Of a DNA stretch of 64,000 nt, positions 1 through 14,121 are shown piece by piece. A program made the position numbers and the translations under genes. Within the stretch, counting starts at the first letter, position 1; every line of letters starts with the position of its first letter. Source of the stretch: Octopus vulgaris (taxonomy: Eukaryota); the NCBI GenBank assembly GCA_951406725.2, contig OX597821.1, forward strand, positions 20,212,001-20,276,000, in the 5' to 3' direction. Below the pieces are notes generated by a model. It was not told the DNA's origin. It made no database searches and worked only from the letters and a program-made list of their open reading frames with translations.

Positions 1-2981
1 GGTTCTATAATGCGCTTGAATCTCATACACCCGTTCATATATATCCAGGACTTACATACACGCTTTCCTCTATTTCCCTCTCTTTTACCCTCCACGCGCA
101 GAGACACACCTCGCACATTCAGACGTACACATACACACACTCGTATGTACACATACACTGGCGTGCGCGCACGCGTCCCTACACATACACACAAAGAAAC
201 ACACACTCACACACACATACGTAAACACTCATCTACGTATATTTTCTGCAAGTTTCATGCATACACGTATGTTAGTGTATAGAAATGAGAACGTGCGGGA
301 GTAGAAAGTAATTTTTGTTCTACGTGGCTTAATGCATTTATGTACAGTTTGGTTATTCATACCTAAGTACATCTACAAAAGAAATGCTAACGTTTTATGA
401 GTTTTTTTTTACATGAGAAAATCCTCAAAGGGGAAGATTGAATTGAAGTTGTAGAAAAGCTATTTGTATAAAGAATAAGAAAGAAAATATTCTTTCAGAT
501 TATATTTTAGTATGTTCTCTATTTTACTGTGTTGTTGTTTTCATAAACAGAAATACATCATGAAAAAACCTTAGCATAGATTGTCGTAAAATTCGTATAA
601 AACTTGAGTACGTTTCCAAGGGAGGATCAATTAAAAATATGATGAATAAATGGAATATAGTTATAACAAATATGAAGTATGGAAATGTGTTGACATTAGT
701 AAATGGCGGTCATCTTATGTAAGGCAGGAAAAACGTTTCCGGTTTGTGTGTGTACACTATAATGAATGCTGGAGACGTAGCAGAATTTAATAGTAAATTT
801 ATGGAATGAGTGATGGCGATGGTAATGCTGAAGATGACAGTGGTGGTGGTGGTAGTGGTGGTGGTAGTGGTGGTGGTAGTTGTGATGGTGGTGGCGTGTG
901 TTCTGATTGAGTTGAAGGCGCTTGTGATAAACATGATAATGCTGGTCGGGATGGAGACGTTGGCGGGGATGATAATAATGGCGTTGAAAATGTTGGTGTC
1001 GGTGTTATTGCTGTGGTGTTAGTGGAGGTTGTATTGGCGGAGGTGAGACGATAGTGATGATTCTGATAATTTTGATGGTTGAGATTGCTGGGTTGTTGGT
1101 GGTGCAAAAGATAATGGTGATCCGATCATTAAGTAAAAGCATAATTATGACCATGATAATGAAGGAACACTTACAAAATCCATGATGGATTGAATGTTGT
1201 TGACATGTGATGGAAATGGTGGTGGAGGTAGGCGGAGGCAGAAATGTAGTTGTATTAGAAGGGAAATTACAAATGCGTGTGATAATAATGACGGTTGCTG
1301 GTGTTAGTATATTTAGTGATGGTGGAGGTAGTCCTTGCAAAATGTAGCGGCAATGAAGGAAGAGAAGACGTCGGTGGTGGCTGTGATGTTAGTGGTGTTA
1401 CTATGCTAGTTGTAGAGCATGAATGATTTTAAGATGGAAATCATTCTGAGATAATTAAAAATATAAAAATGTTATTTTATTAACTTATCATCTAGGGACA
1501 CACAATTCTGAATTAGAATTGATTGAAATAATTTTATATTTCATTTTTCATAAATTTCTCTTCAATTATTTTTCTTCAATATTCTTGAAATTCTTATTTG
1601 TCCTATTTATCAATTTTTTGCTTCGTTTTATTAAATTCAATATTTTTTTTCTAAATAGCACTTTTTTCCATTTTCAGATGGCACTTATATATTTTATAAA
1701 TACTACTTTACAATTATCAATATCATCAATATGAGTCATTCAGCTGATTATTTTACGCGAATAATGGTTTTGTTCAACAGAAAGAGAGTGAAAAACATGT
1801 TTCTGTGTTCTACGTATATAGGGGATTGCTATACATAGGTATGTATTAGAAGCATTTACGCACACGAAACGAAAAGAGACACACATACAGATACACTCAT
1901 AATAATTTTTCAATAAAGTAATATCTCATATATCGTATTCGTGTAATTACATTCTCAATAGTTTTCGCATGAAAGTTATTTATGAAAATTGAAATGAACT
2001 TATGACTATCATGTATTCGCATTTTATACACACATAGGCTTAACGAATCAGATAATACAAGTATTAATATCCTCGGTATACACCGAAAACACAGACACGG
2101 TCACACACTGAAACACACACACACAAACACGTTTTTGCTATGCAGGGTTGTCAGAATAAATATAAGACCAGTCAAAGATCTAGCCGTTTGAAACTAAAGT
2201 TTGTCGGAAACAACAATGACACTAGTTTAGTTTCAATAGATATAAAAAAAAATGCTGAAGAAGTCATAGTGAGATGCTTGGGATAGCTAAGAAGTGAGTT
2301 ACAAGAAGAATTTAGAAGCGACAGAACCCTAGAATTTTTTCGAACACCTAAGGGAAGCATGATCTCAGGAGTTTTATTGTGAAGCATATTGGTTGTATTG
2401 GCAGTGCTGTGATAAAGTGATCAGTTTGAGCGTTTGATGCTTATATTTTGGAATCGGTGTTAAAGCTATTTTATGTCAATTGAAAATGGAGTGCAAACTA
2501 AGGTTAATGCTCAACGATCACTGTCACCCTTGTGAACGTACCAATGCTGCCATCACACAGCTAACTTAAATACGCTAGTTGTCGTCGCTGGAAAGTATCT
2601 CAATATCAGTTCGCCAAATGTAGTCATTTTGACAAGTGATATCTAAAATACTGGATGATTATATGTCCACATGATTGAAAAAGTAATCACTATTTCTAAG
2701 GACAATACCGCACACTCCTTGTTTCTCTCAACCAATAAATATAAACTGTTGATATCCCAGTACATTTTAGCAATAAACTATACTTTTTGAAACCATTAGA
2801 TTTTCTTGCTAAAATTGATGCAGACAAACATGATGACCAATTGCGATCAGTTAACTATTTCTCTATTTAAAAAAAGGAAAATGCTGGTATCATTAAAAAA
2901 ACCTTAGATTGGTTATACTTAAAATCCTTCCTACTCTGTTTTCATGTCCTTACAGAAGCTTATATTACTTCATCATTTTTC

Positions 2982-3038
<57 letters not shown>

Positions 3039-3393
3039 TGTGTGTGTGCGCGTGTGTGTGTGTGTATACATATAAGCACACACGTATATGTGTGCATTTA
3101 TATGCATGTATATGAATATAACTCAAACAGCAACATATCTATGATTATGTATCAATATATGAATATGTACACACCTATTCACATATAAATACACGCGTAG
3201 CAAATTCTGTTGAAGTATATATGTTACTTGACGTATATATATATTAGTATCTAAACGACTAGCAATGTATATGAGGACGTCAGAGGCCACAACCCACGTG
3301 ACAATATTTTCAATATCGTAATCCATTTCAACATGACCAAATGCCAGATTTCACATATAAACCCATGACAGCAGATTCGGTTTTTAAGACGCT

Positions 3394-3836
3394 AATTCCA
3401 TCCTGGAGGTAGGCCTATTTTTAAAAATATTTATTGCATTGCTCGTGTGTGTATTTATCGTAGTATTGGTAGTTTTTTGAAGCTTTAGTCTTCAATTTTT
3501 ACAAGTGGTATGTTTACCCTTCTTTTATTTAAAATATCTCATATTATACCTGTTTAGGCAGAAGTATTGCTAGCCACCTCATTATTACTGGTTTTAACAG
3601 TAATACTGCTTCCTATATTTCTTTTTTATTGTTTACGCGAGTTTTCTCTTTCAACGGAGCGGGATATTTAAAGTTAGGAATGCACACCAGTTGACATACT
3701 GAATATTTTAGAAATGGATGTTAAATACTGTCTCCGACTGATGATTGCAATGTATGTTTTCTCATGTACAGCATGAAATCAATTGATATTGAGGTATGTA
3801 AATTACCTTCAAATTCCATCCTGAAGGTAGGCCTAT
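3394..3836 (+). mobile_element. Hammerhead-containing unit bounded by 25-bp direct repeats (retrozyme or Penelope pLTR-like)
   Basis: aattccatcctg(g/a)aggtaggcctat occurs at 3394-3418 and 3812-3836, with a hammerhead core between the copies. Confidence 0.6.
3732..3793 (+). ncRNA. Type I hammerhead ribozyme motif
   Basis: CTGATGA at 3738-3744, stem II TGC..GCA, GAAA at 3775-3778, palindromic stem III TCAATTGA, TA cleavage dinucleotide at 3787-3788, short stem I (ctccga/ttgag). Confidence 0.65.
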
Positions 3837-3951
3837 ATTTACATACCACAAACACACACACACAAAAACACAAATACGAATACGTTTACATATACATATA
3901 TACATACATGTACCCATAAATAAATATTTGCATTTATAAGAAAATAGGTTT

Positions 3952-4003
<52 letters not shown>

Positions 4004-4048
4004 CATACATACATACACACACATACACACACACATACACACACACAT

Positions 4049-4081
<33 letters not shown>

Positions 4082-4502
4082 CACATATACACACACTCAC
4101 ATATATATATTCGTTTTTTTTGTTCTTGTTTCGTATACATTCGATCTTTTTTCCAGCGAATCTACTGCTCGTAGCTTAGTTTTTCCTTGGGGCTGGCCAG
4201 ATTGGAGCAATCTCCAGATTAATCAGCCGAAATAGCGAGGATGATCCGGTTCTTGACTGAAGATTACACGCATTGCACTCACGTGCGCCCACGGAGTTAC
4301 AGTAGCTGAATATATAAATTTATAAAAACATGTTCCTTTCATTCATACACAAAGATGGATTGCCCCATTACCATGTTATTTTTATGCATTTATGCTCACA
4401 TACTCACATACATGAGTTAATACATGAATACATGCATGCAAATATATATACACATACACACATATATATGCATGTATATATATATCTATATATATATATG
4501 CC

Positions 4503-4777
4503 ATTGCAGCGTGGAAGGTGTTTATAAGCCATTTAAGAAACACACAAAAGCCGTTCGATTCACTTCAACGTTTAAGTTTAATTTGTCAAAATATTTTCGT
4601 CGCTAAAATCCGCGACCTGTTCACTGACAAAGTCCGTGCAGCACGGACTTTGTCAGTGAACAGGTCGCGGATTTTAGCGACGAAAATATTTTGACAAATT
4701 AAACTTAAACGTTGAAGTGAATCGAACGGCTTTTGTGTGTTTCTTAAATGGCTTATAAACACCTTCCACGCTGCAAT
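4503..4777. repeat. Perfect palindrome with 137-bp arms and a 1-nt spacer at 4640; probable inverted Penelope pLTR
   Basis: 4503-4639 is the reverse complement of 4641-4777 (centre agtccgtgc-a-gcacggact). It lies between (TA)n tracts. Confidence 0.9.
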
Positions 4778-4883
4778 TGTTTTCGTTTCAGCACACGATC
4801 TCAGATCAAATTACTTGCTATGCGAGTACATCTCCGTAATATATATATATATGAATATATGTATATATATATTTATATATAAT

Positions 4884-4942
<59 letters not shown>

Positions 4943-4943
<1 letters not shown>

Positions 4944-5248
4944 GAGGCGCAATGGCCCAGTGGTTATGGCAGTGGACTCGCGGTCATAGGATCACAGTTT
5001 CGATTCCTAGACTAGGCAGTGTGAGTGTTTATTGAGTGAAAACACCTCAAGCTCCACGAGGCTCCGGCAGGGGGTGGTGGCAATCCCTGCTGTACTCTTT
5101 CGCCACAACTTTCTCTCACTTTTTCTTCTGTTGGCCTGCTCGCTTAGCCAGCAGGGTGGCGTCATTTAAAAGCTAAAACAATGCAAAACGCATTGTGACC
5201 AGCGATGTGTAGCAACATCTGATAGCCTAGTCGGTCACAGTTATCACG

Positions 5249-5253
<5 letters not shown>
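4943..5253 (+). mobile_element. tRNA-derived SINE, family 1
   Basis: A-box tggcccagtgg and B-box gttcgattcc. The head and body are shared with 42236-42608, and the tail with 30787-30900. Confidence 0.8.
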
Positions 5254-5286
<33 letters not shown>

Positions 5287-6036
5287 CACATTTATCCATC
5301 AATACATTCCTATGTACTCATACACACATGCGTTAAACTTCCTTCTACTTATATGCGCGAAACTGTCTATATAGTCTCACGTCTTTACATCTACATGTAT
5401 AAATACACATGTTTTAAAGCGCGAATCTACATTATATATCTATGTAATGTATATATATATATATATATATCTACGTATATCTTTACATGTATACCCTCAT
5501 ATCTATATATGTATCACAAGCATAGATTCATACACACGTATTTTTGTATGTATACACGAATATTCAAGCACATCTATTCCCAAATATATTTTTTTGACGC
5601 GCAATATATCTACAGAAACATCAAGACAAACACATATTCGCATGTATATACCGAGGTATACATATCCACTCACATGCACACACTCAGTAAGGTATTATGG
5701 CGAAAAGCCATCAACCACTGCCACCACCGGCACCAAAACCACCACCACATCCAACGCCGCCGCTGCCGTCGCCGCCACCACAACCACCACCACCACCACC
5801 ACATCACTCCTCGTAGATCAATCCAATACTACTTTATCGATCTGACAAATAATAAGAGACTCACTCTTCAGTGTGTGGAGATTTGTTTGTTCCCGATAGA
5901 CTTATGGCAATAACGGAAGGAATTTCATCATAATTGGATTTTTTGACTTTACCTTCTCTAGAAAACCAACTTATCATAACCACCACCACAACCACCACCA
6001 CCACCATCACCATTATTATTATTATTATTATTATTA

Positions 6037-6072
<36 letters not shown>

Positions 6073-7070
6073 CATTTACTAATAATATTATAGTAGTCGC
6101 ATTGAGAGTAGCAGTAGTAGTTGAGCATTTGTATTTGTATTATAGTTGTTGTTGTTGCTGCTGGTGGTTTCCTTGTATAAATATTTACTCATAGTAAATG
6201 CAAAATAGCGATTCCTAATGCTCCTTCTATTGTAGATGTTTGAGGAAGTACAACAACGGCAACAAGAACAATAAGACAACTGAAACTCTAATTGGCTCTG
6301 CAAGGACTTCTACTGTGTTTCTTTGTCCTTGTGGCAAATAAAACACTCTGAAATTTAAGTTCACATATTTATTTATTTATGATTATTAACTCTGCTCAAC
6401 ACAAATTTTTCTCCGTTTTCAAAGTGTTTTACTCTGTGTGTGTGTATGTATGTGTGTGTTTGTGTGTATGTGTGTGTGTTTGTATGTATGTGTGTATGTG
6501 CGCGTGTTTATGTGTGTAAGTGTGTGTATGTGTGTGCGTTGTGCAGTTGAATGCTTAAGGTTTGGTTATTAGCAGACTTCTATTTGTATTTCGTTGTGTA
6601 AGCAACTGAAAACCTTTGTGAGAGGAGTTGTGACTTCAATTCCTTGTAAAGATTCAAACGAATACTTTGATAAAACCATTTCTGAGAGTCAATTGTATTA
6701 TTAAAATTGTGTCACTCGAATTAGGCAATATGGAAAATGTAGATGTAAGGAATCCATTCCGGTTCAGAAAATAATATGAGCAATGAATGATGGAAATGAA
6801 AATATTTCTTTACATGCGCTTCAAGATTTGAATATTTGTTGGCCGTTACTACGCTTTCCTAACAGTGAGATGAGATAATTTGGAATGTTAAAACTCATTC
6901 TTGGAAACATTTCTAGCATTCCAGTGAAATTACTTGTCCATGTACAACCGAAAATCTTTGAGAAGTTTCGTGATTATATGCATGTCGTTAGTAGTATTAA
7001 TAGGAACATTTTGGCTATTAGAAATCCCAAGTGTCACACATATCGTAACAAAAACCACCCGATAATTTAT

Positions 7071-7297
7071 GTCTGTCCCTGTTTGTCTTCTCTGTGTTTA
7101 GCCCCTTGTGGGTAGTAAAGAAATAGGTATTTCGTCTGTCTTTACGTCCTCAGTTTAAATTCCACCGAGGTCGACTTTCCCTTTCATTCATTCATTCCCG
7201 GGCGATAAATTAAGTTCCAGTTGCGTACTGGGGTCGATCAAATCGACTGCTCCCACCTCTCCCAAAATTTCGGGCCTTGTGCCTAGAGTAGAAAAGG
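7071..7297 (+). mobile_element. SINE, family 2 (3' part)
   Basis: gaggtcgacttt..gataaattaag..ggccttgtgcctagagtagaaaag, which recurs many times in the window. Confidence 0.75.
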
Positions 7298-9671
7298 ATA
7301 TTTGTGTGTTTAGTAAAGAATACTTTTGATCAAACATGGTTTATCTTTATTAATAAGATTTACAACCTTATTTCTTTTTCAGTTATCTTGGATTATCATT
7401 TTATGTTCACTTTGCACAATGTTTGGGGAGTGAGGTCTTGGGAGACAACTCAGAATAAGTCGCTTTGTATTCCTGCATTTCATTATGATATCTTCGCTGA
7501 GATGGAGAGCTCAAATACAAAACGCTTAAAGGCATTTCTTCTAACTCTCTGCATTCTGAGATCAAATTCCACCGATGTCTACTTGCGTGCCATTTTTTGG
7601 GGCGCAATAAAAAAAGTACTAGTTGTTCAGTAGCGTCCATGTAATTGACTTGTTCGCTTTCTATAAGTCGGCAGGCTTTTGCACCAAAATTTGAAACTAG
7701 AATCATATCTCACCGACGGTCTTTAATCATCCTGTATATTTAGAGAAATATATGTCAGAGTATATGCAGTGTGTGTACCGCTTTTTCATTAGATTTATAT
7801 ATAATTTTAGTTACGTATATTTGTTTACAATACTAAAATAGTCGAAATTTCTTTTTTTAGCAGGATCCAAGATAGCATGTACCTTTATGCATGCATAGTA
7901 ATTAGTTTAAATGAGAAATTAAGAAATCTATTTTGATATATTTTTTGTATTATTACGAATACAGTTTTTAATTGTTTTGGTTAATGCTTCTAGCGTTGTA
8001 ATGCTTTTGTATCCCCTCCCATTTCCTGCACATTATGCATATTTAATGTCTTCTGTACATTCGGTCCGCACAGAATTTCTATTCATAATATTTTTATAAC
8101 TCGTTGGAATGTTCTCGCTTTCAAATGCGTGATTCTGTTGGAAGTTACGCTCGAAGTTCCAGGACGATTTGGTGTTTTTGATTCCCAGTTTTTTTTTTCT
8201 TATTTTATATTTATTTCATTATATTCTCCTTCACATGAAACCTCTTCCATACTGTTTCAGCTTGTAATCATATGTATTATCTCATTGTGTCACTGAAGTT
8301 ATAATGTTGATCTTGTGTCCAGTGTTTTCTGTGGACTTTGGTGAGACAAAACCTTTTCTCTTAGGACAAGATCCGGTTCGTATCGATACTGCAACTGCTA
8401 CAGAGTAAATTAAGTTATTTAACACGATAAGGTTTGTATTTGCTTCTGTGAAAAGCAATTATAGGGACCAATTGCATTTCGTTATTTTTCCCCCTTACAT
8501 ATTTGCTTACGCGCAGTAAACAAATGATCGGCATTGATCAGAGTTTATTGATTTTGTTATGGAATTATCCTATTTTGTTTCTTGTTTATTTTGAGTTTCC
8601 CCCATTGCTTAATCTGTATATACCGATGTGATGCGAATCATCGCTTCGTTTGTTACGATGAGTAATGTTGTGAACACAAACAGTATACATTCTTATTTTT
8701 TCCATGCTATGTGTAAAGTCATCAATGGGTGTCTGATTTACCTTCTCTTTCTGGTGCAGTCGTGTATATCTTTATGTCTAGCGTGAATATAATGAGATGA
8801 TACAAGGGATGTTACTTATGCAGGGGCTTTCAAAATAGGGGAGTAGGAAGAACAAAAGTTATTCTCAGACAAAAGACTTCAAAAGAATTGTCGCACACTA
8901 GTGCACCTATGAGCAGGATATAGTGTTAATCAAGGCGGAGAATTCAGCATCAGCCTGTCAAAACCAAGAATTATCTATCCCAATGGCTTCCTATACATTC
9001 GCCTTCATTTATTCTGTAATGTTGTCAGGAAACTATGCTTGTTTTCTTAAAAGGAAAGCCTGCTAAAGGTGTTATGTACTGAATGCAAAATTACGTATTT
9101 GAATGGTGAATTTCTTCAACAGGCAAACGCACAATTGTGCTGGTCTGTTACTTGCGTGCTCAATTCGTTTCTTCACTGTGCTTTTGCACCTCCTACTATA
9201 TGTGTAGTAATTTTTGTTGCAATGTTTCCTTTGTATTTGCAGGATTCATTTACATTTTGTGATATTCTCATTCCTTAAGGGAAATAACATTTTTGAAGCT
9301 GTCAAATTTTCATCGCCACTGGCATAAAAAACGCAGCAGTCGTATATTCTTTGTTGATATTTCATGCGCCCGAATTCCAAGATGCTTTTTTATGTGTGAA
9401 TTGCTTTAATTCTCAGTAGGGAAAATCCATTCTTGTTCAAATGAAATCTCTTGTTGACCGTATCAAAGTATACGTATGTAACATTACAAATAGTATGTAC
9501 CCTACTACAAAATGTTGATGATTCCTTTAATTCATGGTCAAAATCTTTTTGCATAAAACACTACAAAAAACAAAACAAAACAAGAAGCTTGTTTCCAATT
9601 ACATGGTCTCGAGTGTAGTCATATATATACATACATATAAATATGTGTGTGTGAGCATGTGTGTGTGTGAA

Positions 9672-9737
<66 letters not shown>

Positions 9738-10855
9738 CGTGTGTGTGTGTGCAGCACAAACGGAAATTACGTGCAGGTAGGGACTGCAAATCTGTAGCAC
9801 TTTTTCTTCAATGTGTTGTGTCAAAATTGTATTTCAGACATATTATTTACTTGAGATTAAAATCGGACCTCCTAATTATTTATAATTATTTATAGGTATT
9901 CGATTGGCCATCTTCTGTGTTACACTTCGATTATAATAAGTTGAAGTGTGATCAGCTCGTTTCATGTATGTGTTAACATGCCATGTAAATACATGTATAT
10001 ACATACATACATACATACATACACATACACACACGTAAACATGTATATGTATAAATATAGATAGACAGACAAATAGATGGATACTATATATCGTGTATAT
10101 TTGTGTATGAATGTGCGCCCGTGTGTCTGTGCGTTGTCCTCAGTGCATTTATATACATTTCTATCAAGACATCAGTCAGTCTGTTTGTTATTCATACACC
10201 GCTATCCCTATCTACACATTTACTCTGAAGCCATCCCAGTATCTCCCCATACTTCATATATCATATTTTTCATCTACTTACTGCCAAACCTTTTATAATA
10301 TGTAATCATACAAACTTTACCGATTTGTGTTCCTCCCTAAAGGGATATGACCTCAATGTCAATTGTAAAGATGAATATTTTCACCCACAACTCTCATGCT
10401 ATACAGGAATAGAGAAATGGTCTAATTTTGATAAGGAAGGAAGAAAGAGAAGTCCAAGCTTGATCTGATTAAATCTACTCCTAATTTGATTTACACAATG
10501 AAACTAATCTATTTTTTAATGGAAGACCTCGGCTTATCGTCGAATATAAAGGAGATGTACAGACTATGACAAATTGGCACGAAGTAAAAGAAACTTATGA
10601 AGAAGGAAATTTTACAACAGCACATATATATACATACACATACACACACACACACATATATGTATACATGTGTATATATATATGTGTGTGTGAGTATATA
10701 CAAATATATGCATATACATGTATAAGTACAAACATATATATATATGTATATATATATCCTATCCATATGTATATATATGCATATATGTGTATGTATACAT
10801 ACAGATAAATGTGTGTGTGTATATACATACATATATGTGTCTGCGTGTGTGTATA

Positions 10856-10888
<33 letters not shown>

Positions 10889-10964
10889 CCTTGAACTTCA
10901 TACTTTTCTCTACGTCAAATTTACTATCTACATCCCCACATAGAATTTTCCTGCATATATATCT

Positions 10965-11054
10965 TGTTTCCGATGACGGAATACCCTGTATATGGAAATG
11001 TGGATCAACACAATGATCTATTACGTAGGATATCCCCGAAACATCTGTAAGACA
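10965..11054 (+). ncRNA. Degenerate minimal hammerhead motif in a (TA)n-flanked Penelope-like tail
   Basis: TGTTT-CCGATGA-stem II (ggaataccctg/taggatatccc)-GAAA-CATCTG-TA-AGACA. Confidence 0.5.
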
Positions 11055-11459
11055 TTATTATATAATTTCGCTTCTGCGATTTACCACTGATAAGCTCATC
11101 CTGCTTTCATTTTCTTTTCCTTTTCCTTTAATTTATATCCGCTAACACGGTAGTAGACTACAGATCTCCAACTCTAGCCGCCGCTGTTGAACTTGGATTC
11201 CAGTAGATTATGAATTGGAACACTGTCACAGCGTGCATATTAGTTTAGTTAACCAGTGTCCTAAGCCCTTCTTATTCTGCATATATATATATATATATAT
11301 ATATATAGTAAAAGAAAAGGTGGAATTTCGATCATCCCCACGAGGCGAGTTGTAATATATATAAGATAATAAAGTAGGAAAGCGAAACCGGTCAATATAT
11401 TAAGAATTATATTAAAACTATGTAAAGTGTGTGAATTTTCCTTCTTTATTGTTGATATA

Positions 11460-11555
<96 letters not shown>

Positions 11556-12939
11556 AAATTTACATATAAATTCTACAGACCATATAAAACTGAATTTCTG
11601 CATGACACTTGTGATCCAAGATCTTAATGACAAACGAGAATCCAGGCAGAAATGAGGAAGTGAAAGGATATGCCACGCAACGTTTTCCACCCAAAGCTAA
11701 ACTGTTTGAAGAAAGAAGATTGCACAGAAAACGTTTGTGGATATGAATTCATAATATAAACGTTTGCTGTTCTCTTTTGCTAGCTTCCTGGAGATTTTTG
11801 CGTAAGTTACTGAAAGCAAAATGCTCACAAGAAAACTATCATCAACACTCATACTTGAGCTGTATGCAGAAGCATCGTGTTTCATTTTTAAAGTCTTTCG
11901 AAAGAAAATGGTTTACAGCTGGAAAAATCTAAAGATTTAATCTAAAATATTTTACTATACAAAGAACTGAATAAATAATACAATTTCTAGGTGATATTAC
12001 ATCCCAATGCAATATTCACATATAACACCTTAACAGAGAAATATCCATTTATACTATGAAAACCTTTCATAATATCTGTATTGTATGTCATACATTAAAT
12101 ATATTAGTAGCTTCTCTATCTTTTCTGTTTCACACAGTGTGTGGTACCATTACCTATGATTTAAATGAATATATCATGAAAATATCTGGTTAAGAAATAT
12201 TACATGGCTAAATGATATATCACTCTTTAATAATAGGTCAGTTGTAGCTCTCGTCTTACACGAAGACAATAATCCACGATGAATTTGCAGAACAAATATT
12301 TCGAATAATTGACTGGACTGTGGAGTACATCGGTTCAATTGTTATTAAAACCTGCAAAATGTTACTGTCATAAGCTGGACGATTCTAAAGAAATAGTAAC
12401 GCTAATAAACACTACCGAGACCCTCGAAAGAAACGCATATTAACTGTTATTACACTAGCCATGTATGGTTGGTGCTAACATTGGCATCAATATCGATAAG
12501 TCCTTGAAATTGTTAATATTCCAATACCATCTCAATGTTATGCGTTTGAAATAGAAGATCAGAAGTTTTCTTAAAAATAATTACAAATGTCATTGAGTGT
12601 TGGATGATGCGGTTGCTAAAACAATACACAATATCACCTCTAACGAAGACTGTACTTGGATAAGTATATAAAATATTTCTAATATACAAAACATAGAGAG
12701 AATATTTGTACATTCTAGTAAATCTTCCGCTGAATAAAAAGCATAGCAGGCTTGATATATTTGTTATCGACAGAAGAGAAAAGTTAGTTATATAGTTGTG
12801 CAGGAAACTGCCGCAGAGATACGAAACCTTCCAAGAATCAGCGACAAAGAAAATACTTATAAAAGTCTGTTTTTTGTAATAGCAAAACATCTCTATGCAG
12901 GTGATACAATTGTACATGTATTTTACAGTATTGGTTTAG

Positions 12940-12997
12940 TCTAACATGTATCTAGATTTTGATCTATAATATCGTAGTTTCCTTTTATCCAGAGTTG

Positions 12998-13052
<55 letters not shown>

Positions 13053-13053
13053 G

Positions 13054-13141
<88 letters not shown>
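12940..13141. repeat. (TA)n plus (TAGA)n microsatellite
   Basis: Directly visible tandem repeats. Confidence 0.95.
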
Positions 13142-13143
<2 letters not shown>

Positions 13144-13267
13144 AAAAAGAGAGACAGCTCATGAACAAGAGTATATGATCTTAAATACGGAGGTGATTAA
13201 CTTTGAATATTAAACTAGTCATATATTTTTATATTTCCCGAAAAATTGAGGAGAATGTTAACCATAA

Positions 13268-13495
13268 TGGAAGAAGCAAAATCTTATCTTCTATAGCGAA
13301 AAGGACTGAAATATTTGGTAGGAGATAGTAGATGGTATCGACTTCTGTGCTCAGCTAGTTCATATTTCATCAACCCCAAGAGGACGAAAGGTGAAGTCGA
13401 ACTTGATGGAATTTGAAGTCGCAATGTAAAGACGGACGAAATGCCGGTAAGCTTTTGTTCGGTGTGCTAGCGCTTCAAGCGAGCTTCCTGCCTTC
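13268..13495 (-). mobile_element. SINE, family 2 (diverged)
   Basis: Reverse-complement similarity to 34537-34926 and 7071-7297. Confidence 0.6.
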
Positions 13496-13929
13496 ATAAT
13501 ATAGAATTATAACGCAACATAGCTACATTAGATTTTGAGTTTGACCATGCATAGAAAAGTAACGTAACCATACATTATTCCCACACTCCCCCATACACCT
13601 GCACCCACATATATGTGTGCGTACGTGTATCATCTATCCACATGTACCACATGTTTAAATGGACCAACAGTTAATAAATTGTGCAATCACATTAAATCAT
13701 GAACTCCAATAGATGTTCAAGAATTTCAGAACCGTACATTATTTCACTTCAACAACCAAATCTTATTCAAGCACCATTAAATTTTGACAGGAAGCCAAGA
13801 GCCTACCCTATTAGTGAATCTGAAATGAAAGAAAACTACGTACAGTAGAAAAATGATAGTGTCATTTGTCAGTGATTCGTAGGTCAAAGAAGATGGCTGT
13901 CTTACATTTGATATCGCTATGTGAGCTCG

Positions 13930-14121
13930 TTACACAGCTAAAATATAGGGATTGATGTTCTCTAACATACTACACATGTTACACATTAGGTTCAATTTGT
14001 TATACGGTCCTTTGTATCTTAATGACGGCCACTCATTATTACGTGACAAAATAAAAATGAAACAGACGGATTGTGGTATTCCTCCAATGAAATAATTAAT
14101 AAACTTGTGCCTGAAATCCAT
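13930..14121 (-). pseudogene. Decayed Penelope GIY-YIG C-terminal fragment
   Basis: W...PYN...CNMC..LE...IL resembles the PLE endonuclease tail W.Il...PY....C.LC..EK..I. Confidence 0.35.

Noticed and set aside
10-1340. ORFs rich in T, V, P and H
   Set aside because: They are translations of degenerate (CA)n and (GGT/GAT)n low-complexity DNA, with no domain signal.
7700-9500. Non-repetitive-looking stretch as possible host exons
   Set aside because: No ORF with recognisable motifs or convincing splice pattern. Small exons cannot be excluded without RNA-seq.
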